Below are positions 53,027 to 60,339 of a stretch of DNA of 60,339 bases, one piece after another. The stretch covers positions 1-60,339 of the forward strand of contig JACQWV010000017.1 in the NCBI GenBank assembly GCA_016209085.1, read 5' to 3'. Below the pieces are notes generated by a model that saw nothing but the letters and a program-made list of their open reading frames with translations, searched no databases and was not told the origin of the DNA. This DNA is from Elusimicrobiota bacterium. Its GTDB lineage: Bacteria > Elusimicrobiota > Elusimicrobia > Elusimicrobiales > UBA9959. A program made the position numbers and the translations under genes. Each line of letters opens with the position of its first letter. The first letter of the stretch is position 1.

Positions 53027-53945
53027 TGGTAACGTGTTTTTCCAATTCTTCAAATACATGAATTGCCGAGAGTTTATTCAAATCGCCCTGTATGTATTGA
53101 TGAATTTTATCCGGGGGTCCCCATGATTGGGGAGATTCTATGTGGTTGTAAATAGTAAACGTGGGAGTATTCTGGCTTACTGCAATGTGCATGGGCCCTG
53201 AAGTCCCTCCGACATGCAATCCGGAATTATGCATAAGAGCGGCCAGATCAAGGATGTCAAAATCGGGAGTGATTATGTGATTTTTACGGCAAAGAGCCAT
53301 GACATTCTCCACGTAGGAAAATTCTCCCGGCCCCCGCAGGAATATGACTTTAGCCCGGTGTTCGGCGGAGAGCAGATCGGCCAGTTCCGCAAATTTAGGC
53401 CCTGACCACCTCCGTTCCGGCGTCGAAGAAGTCAAGTGAAACGTAACGATAAAATCTTTTCCGGGATCAAGTCCGTTTTTTTCAAAGAAAGAGGAAACTT
53501 TAGCGGCGTTCTCGCTGCCGTATTTAAGGTCAATGGATATCCCGTCGTAATTTATCCCCAGGGGATCCAGCAGCTGGAGCCGGTCGTAGATAGTATAACC
53601 CTTTTTCTTGAATCTCGGCATAAGATTGTAAAAGAGAAAACCGTGAGGCCTCCAGAAAGCGAGTCTCTTTTGCGCTCCTGAGAAACGCGCGTATAAGCCG
53701 GATACGGAGGAGAGCATGTAGTCTATCACCAGGTCAAATTTTCTGCGTCTTATTTCCCAGAAAGCGGTTTCGCCTCTTATCAGGATTCCCGAAAGATATG
53801 GATTGTATTTGAGCGCTTTTTCACAGCGCTTTTTGGTAAAAAAGTAGATTTCAACGTCTACGCGGTTTTTTTTGATGGCACGCACTAGGGGGGTGGTCAG
53901 CAGCACGTCTCCGATGCCTTTAAAAACTATAATCAGTATTTTCAT
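53016..53945 (-). CDS. Glycosyltransferase family 9 (heptosyltransferase-like)
   Basis: IGDVLLTTP, RRW..FAEL, SGPMHIA. Confidence 0.9.
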   Translation of the reverse strand: MKILIIVFKGIGDVLLTTPLVRAIKKNRVDVEIYFFTKKRCEKALKYNPYLSGILIRGETAFWEIRRRKFDLVIDYMLSSVSGLYARFSGAQKRLAFWRPHGFLFYNLMPRFKKKGYTIYDRLQLLDPLGINYDGISIDLKYGSENAAKVSSFFEKNGLDPGKDFIVTFHLTSSTPERRWSGPKFAELADLLSAEHRAKVIFLRGPGEFSYVENVMALCRKNHIITPDFDILDLAALMHNSGLHVGGTSGPMHIAVSQNTPTFTIYNHIESPQSWGPPDKIHQYIQGDLNKLSAIHVFEELEKHVTNVS

Positions 53946-54084
53946 AATTAAAAAGTAATTAAGTTATTGAGAAATTAAGAGATTAAGTTTGGAAAGCAAT
54001 TAAATTTTCAACACATTACTTATTTTCCATGTTCTTCTTTTACTTAATTACTCAATCACTTAACCTCTTAATCGCTAATTTTAT

Positions 54085-54351
54085 TTACTGTATTCTGTAT
54101 TTAGGGTCATTGTACATCTTGAACTGCCTGTATATTTTGAGTTTTGCCAGACCTGCGCCGTATTTTTCCAGCAATTCATCTATTTCCGCTTCCAGGTCGC
54201 TCTTTTGCATTTGCAATATCTTTATTTTCCGGAGAGATTCTTCAACGTGGGTTTTATCCACGTCTTTGCGCCGCGTTTGTTCGGCCATGTGATATATTTT
54301 CAGCGTCAATATGCTGATTTTATCCGTGAGACTTCCGAGCGTTTCCGCCAT
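54085..54351 (-). CDS. DUF4254-like protein, C-terminal half
   Basis: [32 protein letters not shown]; own GGAGG RBS. Confidence 0.75.
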   Translation of the reverse strand: MAETLGSLTDKISILTLKIYHMAEQTRRKDVDKTHVEESLRKIKILQMQKSDLEAEIDELLEKYGAGLAKLKIYRQFKMYNDPKYRIQ

Positions 54352-54547
54352 GATTTAACGCCTCCGATACTTTTTCGTCAATCTTTTCTATCAAGTCGTT
54401 GCGAAGCTGGTTTAATCTGTCTATCTGCCTTTTGGCGCGGGCAACGGTCAGATTATCCGGCAACCGCGCTTTGTCTTCCTCATGCCACAACAGGACATTG
54501 GTCATGGCGAGTTCGCTTATCAACCTGCCTATTTCTTTTTTTGACAT
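54320..54547 (-). CDS. DUF4254-like protein, N-terminal half
   Basis: [28 protein letters not shown]. Confidence 0.75.
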   Translation of the reverse strand: MSKKEIGRLISELAMTNVLLWHEEDKARLPDNLTVARAKRQIDRLNQLRNDLIEKIDEKVSEALNHGGNARKSHG

Positions 54548-54585
54548 ATTATTTCACTCCTCCAATCCTCTAATCCTCCAGCCCT

Positions 54586-55401
54586 CTAAACCAATCTTGA
54601 CATGCCTCTTGTCAAATGAAGATGCATGTCCAGATTGTTTTCATCTCCCCTTATGAATAATCTGTCAATGGGGCGTTTTTCCGGCTTCCAGGGCCATGGG
54701 GTCTTTCCCTGTTTAAAACTGAAATCAAAAACATAGCCTGCATTAAAAACCATGTTCCGTATGAGAGGCGTATATGCGCCGGCGCCGTAAGGATACGCAA
54801 AAGCCGCGATTTCACAGCCTAATTTCGCTTCAAGCTGTTTTTTGGACTCTATCAATTCCCATTTGACCTGTTCAGGGGGTATTCTGGTTAAATCCGGATG
54901 ATTCATGGTATGCGAGCCGAATTCCATGAATTTGCTTTCTTTCATTTCAAAAATCTGCTCCCATGTGAGCATGTTTATCCACGGCTCTGTTTCAGGATTA
55001 TGCCATAAGTTTATCTTGCCTATTGTGTTATAAGCAAGGAATATGTTGCCTTTTGCGTTCAAATCCTTTAATATTTTATAAGCATGTTCATAATTGTTCT
55101 GGTAGCCGTCGTCAAAGGTTACAATCGCTGATTTTGAGGGCAAATCAGATTCGCTTTTAGCGGCTTTTAAAAGCTCCGAAAAGACCAAGGTCTGGTAACC
55201 CTGCCGCAGAAGAAAAGTCATTTGTTTTCGGAAATTTTCAGGAGAGACCCACAGACTCTTGAGTTTTGAATTTTTAGGCGGATGGCCGATTTTATGATAT
55301 ACCAGAACCGGCAGGCCTGCCGTCTTCTGTTTCCACCATGTCCACCTCGCGCTTAAGCCCAGACCCAGAAGCCCGGAAAAAATTATTATCAACGATTCCA
55401 T
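54586..55401 (-). CDS. Polysaccharide deacetylase (CE4)
   Basis: PVLVYH, VTFDDGY, GSHTMNH, FAYPYG. Confidence 0.92.
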   Translation of the reverse strand: MESLIIIFSGLLGLGLSARWTWWKQKTAGLPVLVYHKIGHPPKNSKLKSLWVSPENFRKQMTFLLRQGYQTLVFSELLKAAKSESDLPSKSAIVTFDDGYQNNYEHAYKILKDLNAKGNIFLAYNTIGKINLWHNPETEPWINMLTWEQIFEMKESKFMEFGSHTMNHPDLTRIPPEQVKWELIESKKQLEAKLGCEIAAFAYPYGAGAYTPLIRNMVFNAGYVFDFSFKQGKTPWPWKPEKRPIDRLFIRGDENNLDMHLHLTRGMSRLV

Positions 55402-55434
55402 AGATATATATTATAGAACTTCTTTAAATTTTAT

Positions 55435-56949
55435 CTAACAGACTGCTAAGCCTTTCAGCATTTCAACGGCCGCATTAAAGACCATATCCGTAGTAATCAG
55501 CCGCATACACAGGAAATGCCGTTTAGGGCATCTGCGGGAGCCATGTAAAGCGCATGGCCTGCATTTGAGCGGCGTTTCTATTACCTTGTGGATGTCGCCG
55601 TATGGGAAGAATCCCAGTTCTTTTGTCGTGGGTCCGAATATGGCTATGGTCGGCACGTTTAAGGCGGTTGCTATGTGCATGGGACCGGAGTCGTTTGTGA
55701 TGAAAAGTTTCAATTTTTTTATTACTGCCATTAACTCCGGTATGTTTGTCTTGCCTGTGATGTTTATGCATGAATCCGGCCCGGCCTCTTTTTCAATATC
55801 GGAGTTCCATGCCGTTTCATTTTTGCCGCCGATTATCAGGACTTTTGTTTTGAATCTCCCGTTCAGTTTCTTTATCAGTTCGGCGTATCTTTGAGGCAGC
55901 CATCTTTTTGTATCCCAGACTGAACCGGGGCTGATTCCTATATGAATATTTCCGCCAAAACCGAATTCTCGCGCGTTCGGGAGTTTCAATTCCGGAAAAT
56001 CAGAGGATAGATTTCCGGAAAACGGCAGGAGAAGACTCATATTCCTTTCAACATCGTGAAGGAGCCATGTAAAGGGTATTTTTTTCGTAAAAAGGAAACT
56101 TCCTGCGCTTGAATCAAATCCGATCCTTACCGGAATTCCCGCAAAGTAGGCCAGAAGGGCGCTTCTCAGTGACCTGTGCGGAATAACCGCCACATCAAAT
56201 TTGCGCGATTTCAGGATTCTCAGAATCCTTAGAAATTCCGGGAAGAAGAATTTTGATTTTTTTTTCTCATCCGCTATTATTTCGTCCGCCTGTCCGGAAT
56301 TTCTGAAAACTTCAGCCATTTCCGGTCTTGCGAGCACGGTTATTTTGGGATTCTTGAGAAGGGATTTCATTGCCTTTAAAAGAGGGAGGGTCAGAACGCA
56401 GTCGCCGAGAAAAGCAGTTTGAATCACGCATGCTTTTGTAAAGCCGCGGCTGTTTTTATTGTCAGACAAATTGAATTTCCAGTCGTCAATCTGCGGAAAC
56501 TTATGAACTACAGGCACGTTTAATTTGTCAAGAACGCTCAAATATCTGTCAAGAACGTGCTTTTCTAGAGCCGGGCTTGGAACCCTGAAATTTACGAATA
56601 ATCTTCTGGCAACGGAGTCTTTCCTGTAGCGAAGTGCGCCGGAAACGCCGGACAACAGACAGATAAGATGCGTTCTGAAAGTGGAATGCAGGTCAATGAT
56701 ATGCGTGAATTTTCTTTTCCTGATTTCACGCGCCGCCTGCAGGACGTTTTTGAAAGGAAGTACGTCCGCCACCTGCGGGTTTCTGAGCAATGGCGCCGCA
56801 AATTGCGGTTTCACAAGAACCGAAATACTGGCATGGTGCCATTTGTCTTTGAGATTCCTGAAAACCGGGGCAGTCAGGATGACGTCGCCGAGAGACGAGA
56901 GCCTGATTACCAGTATTTTCGGCGCGGCCTGCCCGCCGTCGTTTTCCAT
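55435..56949 (-). CDS. waaF: Heptosyltransferase II-like GT9 with an extra N-terminal GT9 half-domain
   Basis: RLSSLGDVIL..DLH then QTAFLGDCVL..PHRS..GSVWDTKRW..NDSGPMH..CRPC..C...HF.CM. Confidence 0.8.
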   Translation of the reverse strand: MENDGGQAAPKILVIRLSSLGDVILTAPVFRNLKDKWHHASISVLVKPQFAAPLLRNPQVADVLPFKNVLQAAREIRKRKFTHIIDLHSTFRTHLICLLSGVSGALRYRKDSVARRLFVNFRVPSPALEKHVLDRYLSVLDKLNVPVVHKFPQIDDWKFNLSDNKNSRGFTKACVIQTAFLGDCVLTLPLLKAMKSLLKNPKITVLARPEMAEVFRNSGQADEIIADEKKKSKFFFPEFLRILRILKSRKFDVAVIPHRSLRSALLAYFAGIPVRIGFDSSAGSFLFTKKIPFTWLLHDVERNMSLLLPFSGNLSSDFPELKLPNAREFGFGGNIHIGISPGSVWDTKRWLPQRYAELIKKLNGRFKTKVLIIGGKNETAWNSDIEKEAGPDSCINITGKTNIPELMAVIKKLKLFITNDSGPMHIATALNVPTIAIFGPTTKELGFFPYGDIHKVIETPLKCRPCALHGSRRCPKRHFLCMRLITTDMVFNAAVEMLKGLAVC

Positions 56950-57006
56950 AGGTCGCAACATAAATGCAATATCAAAATATTATAATATTATTGGAGGTCG
57001 GGTAAC

Positions 57007-57534
57007 ATGAGATATAAGTATATTTCAACGCTGCTTACCGCAGCCGCTTTTTTGTTTTGCGTTAAAGCCTATGGATTTTTGCTGTCAAAATTTTACAGGA
57101 TAGCCCTGCTGGAGCAGGCATCTGCCGCCATAGGGGACTTAAAGACAGGGGGGGGTTACAGTCTCTTCGGAACTACCGGAAATTTTAATTTAAGTTCTGT
57201 TTCAAGCTCAAGATTCGTCATAAACCGCGGGGTTTTGACGTCCTGGCGGCCGCCTGAGTTGAATCTGAACAAAGCGCACGTATATCCTAATCCCTGCAAT
57301 CTCAAATATGGCTGCAATGCAGTGACTTTTACAAGATTGACTTTCAAGGCAAACATAAAAATATATACGGTTTCGGGGGAACTTGTTAAAATCATACGCA
57401 GGGAAGACAGTACGGACAGCCAGGCATGGGATTTAAAAAACGAATACGGCAGGCAGTTATCAAGCGGGCTCTACATCTATTTTATTGAAGGCGAGGGACA
57501 CACCAAAGAGGGAAAATTAGTGATAGTAAGATAA
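57007..57534 (+). CDS. Small exported protein with T9SS-type-A-like CTD
   Basis: GGAGG RBS; signal peptide; VYPNP..IKIYTVSGELV..WDLKNEYG..SGLYIY..GKLVIVR. Confidence 0.8.
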   Translation: MRYKYISTLLTAAAFLFCVKAYGFLLSKFYRIALLEQASAAIGDLKTGGGYSLFGTTGNFNLSSVSSSRFVINRGVLTSWRPPELNLNKAHVYPNPCNLKYGCNAVTFTRLTFKANIKIYTVSGELVKIIRREDSTDSQAWDLKNEYGRQLSSGLYIYFIEGEGHTKEGKLVIVR

Positions 57535-57636
57535 ATACAGCAGTAACCAGTAACCGGTGGCATAGCAAGAAGCAAAATATCCAGTAACCAGTAACTGATT
57601 GGTGGGATTGGTTATAGGAACTCGCGGAGGCAATTT

Positions 57637-60339
57637 ATGGAAGCAATTAAAAAAACTTTCTCAAAAAAGATTTACAAATTTTTATACAGTTTTTCTGCCA
57701 AATATTTGAAATTTGCTGTTTTCTGTTCACTGGTTACCGGTTACTGGTCACTGGTTACTGTCGTTCAGGCAGGCGACATAACCGTCGGAGCGGTTCCGGG
57801 TTCAATAAATTACCAGGGCAGGATAGAAAAGGATAATGCTCCCTACACGGGAATTCTCCATTTGAAATTCAGGTTTTACGACGCGTTGACCGCCGGTAAT
57901 CTGGAATGGGAGAGCCCTGAGTTGGTCGTGAACGCTGTGCAGGGAATATTCAGCGCCGCCATAACCCCGCCCTGGAGCGTTTTTGCGAGTCAGGAGGTCA
58001 GATACCTTGAAATACAGGTTGAAAGCGACGTGCTTTCCCCTAGGGAAAACATGAACAGCGTGGTTTATTCTCTGATAGCCAAACGGCTTGAAGACGGTTC
58101 AGACCTTTCAGTTTCCACGCTCACCGCCAGTTATAATGTTTTTCTCGCAACTGCCGCGGGGAACGTCGGGATAGGAACCAATGCTCCGAATAAAAGGCTT
58201 GTGGTAAACGGAGGCATAAGGCTGCTTGCAGACGGCATATATTTTGCGGACAACAGTTACATGTCTGCTGCAGGGGTCGGTTCTGCCGGCGCGGTCTCAG
58301 CCAATATAAACGCAGTTATGGTTTCGGACGCGGACGATAACGGAACAGGGGATATTATTTTCCAGAGCGCGAGCACGGAAAAGATGAGGATGATTAATAA
58401 CGGAAATATGGGCATAGGCACGACAAATCCTCTGGGAAAACTGGATGTGAACGGTTCTCTTTATGTCAGCAATTCAGGCATATACGACAGGGACGACGGG
58501 GAAATAAACATAAAAGAAGATTTAATCGTTGAAGGGGGAAAAATCACCGGCATGAATTCGGAATCAGTTTCAATAGGAGAAACGGACGATGTCATTTATT
58601 TTTTCTCAGGCGGTTCCGAGAGAATGAGAATCCATTCCAACGGGAATATGGGCGTGGGCATAGCGGCTCCCTCGCAGAACCTGCATGTGAGCGGGAATGC
58701 TTACGCCACTTCCGGAATCCGCGGGGGAGACGTGTCAATCGGCTCGTATTCCGGCGCCGCTTCAAACGAACTGCGCTCCCAAACCGGAAATCTCCTGATC
58801 CAGCAGACGGGTTTTAACGTGGGCATTGCTACTGACACTCCCAAAGAGAAACTCCATGTCGGCGGCACCATAAGGGCGGAAAAGGGAATAACCGCAAGCA
58901 CTGCTGTTTTTTCAGGCGCCGTAAATATCCAGGGCAATTTTACGGCCAATTCAGGCATGGGGAACAGCGTATATCTCTCTTCCACGGTGATATACGGCAC
59001 GCTTCAGGTCACGGGTTCTGTGGGGAGCGACCAGGGTTATCCTGCGTATCTCAGTGCGAATAATACTTTTTCCGGTCAGAACGTTTTTTCCAATCTTACA
59101 ACCTTTTCCAACAACGCTCTTGTATCAGGCCGCATCGGAGTCGGAACAGTGGACTTTAATTTCCCTTCTGCGAGATATCTGCAGGTGGGCGACGACGTGC
59201 CGGCATACGCCAACGACGACGCTCTGGCTTATCTGGTTTCCGGCGCCAACGCCAATCCAAAACTTTATTTCTACAGGAGTTCAAACGAGATAGCAAGGCT
59301 GGAAACCCAGGGAACCGGCGCTGACAAAAAATTCGGCATTGTGATGGACAATAAAACAAAACTTCTTATTGATTCAAATTATTACGGGATATATAACACG
59401 GCGGTATGGATTTCAACGGATGTCGGGACCACCCCGGGAATATACGTCAGCCCCACCATGGGCAATGTGGGAATGGGGACCACCATACTTGACCCGAACT
59501 GGAAGCTGACTGTTGAAGGAAACATCAGGATTTCCACCACTTCCTCGCCCGGCAAAAGCTACGGACTGATTTTTGCTGACGGAACCCTCATGACCAGCGC
59601 CGGAGTCGGTTCTACGAACATGGTTTCAAACAACGGCGACGCTCTTGTGCAGTCTGATCTGGATTCAAACGGCGCCGGAGACGTCATTCTGAGGGCAGGC
59701 AGTCTTGACGGAATCATCGTAAAAAGCGGCGGCAGCATCGGCATAGGGACTCCGAGTCCTGTTTCAAAACTCAATGTCAGGGGGGGAGACCTTGTTCTCG
59801 GAAATCCTTACAACCCCTATGCGTCAAACGGAGTTGAGGACCTTATAGTGGCGGGAAGTCTTATTATTGACGGAGGCGTGGTTCAGAGGTCAGCCTCGCC
59901 TGTAGAATTGTCCGCTCTTACGGTTTCCGGAAACGTGTATCTTTCCACAAGCCCTGCGGCAAGAACCGGAATAGGCAACAACAGTCCTTCCTTTCGCCTG
60001 GACGTGACCGACGACATCAATGCCGGCGGTTCCATACGAACCGCTGGAACCGTGCGCATTTCCAATACAGGGGTTATAGGCAGCGGCGGCGGCCAAGCTA
60101 CATGGGACGGGCTTGTAATCAACGTGGATCGCGGGGGCACGGGCGCGGCTACTTTCACGGCCGGCGGGATTTTATACGGAAACGGGACAGGAGCCATACA
60201 AGCTTTTGGCGTGATGACGGACGGTCAGCTGCTTATAGGCGACGGTTCCGGGGCTCCGACCCTGGCTACGCTTACCCCTACGGCCAATCAGGTAAACGTG
60301 ACAAACGGACCCGGAACCATAACTCTTTCTCTGCCTCAG
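57637..60339 (+). CDS. Tail-fibre-like adhesin, 3'-truncated (at least 901 aa; absent from ORF track because no stop is in the window)
   Basis: GGAGG at 57626; signal peptide; VPGSINYQGR..FRFYDA..G..W N-domain; repeated GNVGIGT..P...L.V.G; frame runs to the window end (..ITLSLPQ). Confidence 0.85.
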   Translation, partial: MEAIKKTFSKKIYKFLYSFSAKYLKFAVFCSLVTGYWSLVTVVQAGDITVGAVPGSINYQGRIEKDNAPYTGILHLKFRFYDALTAGNLEWESPELVVNAVQGIFSAAITPPWSVFASQEVRYLEIQVESDVLSPRENMNSVVYSLIAKRLEDGSDLSVSTLTASYNVFLATAAGNVGIGTNAPNKRLVVNGGIRLLADGIYFADNSYMSAAGVGSAGAVSANINAVMVSDADDNGTGDIIFQSASTEKMRMINNGNMGIGTTNPLGKLDVNGSLYVSNSGIYDRDDGEINIKEDLIVEGGKITGMNSESVSIGETDDVIYFFSGGSERMRIHSNGNMGVGIAAPSQNLHVSGNAYATSGIRGGDVSIGSYSGAASNELRSQTGNLLIQQTGFNVGIATDTPKEKLHVGGTIRAEKGITASTAVFSGAVNIQGNFTANSGMGNSVYLSSTVIYGTLQVTGSVGSDQGYPAYLSANNTFSGQNVFSNLTTFSNNALVSGRIGVGTVDFNFPSARYLQVGDDVPAYANDDALAYLVSGANANPKLYFYRSSNEIARLETQGTGADKKFGIVMDNKTKLLIDSNYYGIYNTAVWISTDVGTTPGIYVSPTMGNVGMGTTILDPNWKLTVEGNIRISTTSSPGKSYGLIFADGTLMTSAGVGSTNMVSNNGDALVQSDLDSNGAGDVILRAGSLDGIIVKSGGSIGIGTPSPVSKLNVRGGDLVLGNPYNPYASNGVEDLIVAGSLIIDGGVVQRSASPVELSALTVSGNVYLSTSPAARTGIGNNSPSFRLDVTDDINAGGSIRTAGTVRISNTGVIGSGGGQATWDGLVINVDRGGTGAATFTAGGILYGNGTGAIQAFGVMTDGQLLIGDGSGAPTLATLTPTANQVNVTNGPGTITLSLPQ

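Noticed and set aside
57637-60339. Prophage
   Set aside because: The fibre-like gene has a signal peptide and no capsid, terminase or integrase neighbours in the window.
1-60339. rRNA, tRNA, riboswitch, diversity-generating retroelement
   Set aside because: No cloverleaf or rRNA-like segment, no reverse transcriptase and no TR/VR pair recognised by eye; an Infernal/tRNAscan run would be needed to exclude small RNAs.

Overview
Bacterial diderm (LPS-making) genomic window; gene content and order resemble Elusimicrobiota, but this taxonomy is inference only. Left to right: (1) a 5'-truncated REP-associated tyrosine transposase (RAYT). (2) An AT-rich exported-protein cassette: FlgD-Ig protein, outer-membrane beta-barrel, exported HEAT-repeat protein, and a ~4,700-aa giant. 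The giant has an N-terminal Zn-phospholipase C/P1-nuclease-like domain, many Ig/FlgD repeats and NHL repeats, and its T9SS-like C-terminal domain is split off by a deletion-frameshift at ~17818. (3) A frameshifted O-antigen-ligase/TPR gene and a type IV pilus/T2SS-like operon (OmpA-FlgD, PilM-PilN fusion, PilO, PilP-like, secretin, PilB, PilC, four pilins), followed by an MA-clan peptidase. (4) uvrA, nadB and a small + strand operon. (5) A long minus-strand Kdo/heptose/lipid A/Lpt cluster (lptB-lptA-lptC-kdsD-kdsA-pyrG-kdsB-rfaE1-gmhB-lpxK-GT9-waaF). (6) A small CTD protein and the 5' part of a tail-fibre-like adhesin that is missing from the ORF track. The most unusual signal is a pervasive repeat system. 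GTAG-type REP doublets, a GGAACA/CGTC-bounded modular palindromic element and degenerate 6-9-mer tandem arrays occupy many gene junctions. They are also inserted in frame in LpxK, LptA, UvrA, an EndoIII-like protein, PilM, signal peptides and the giant protein. No rRNA, tRNA or CRISPR array was seen.
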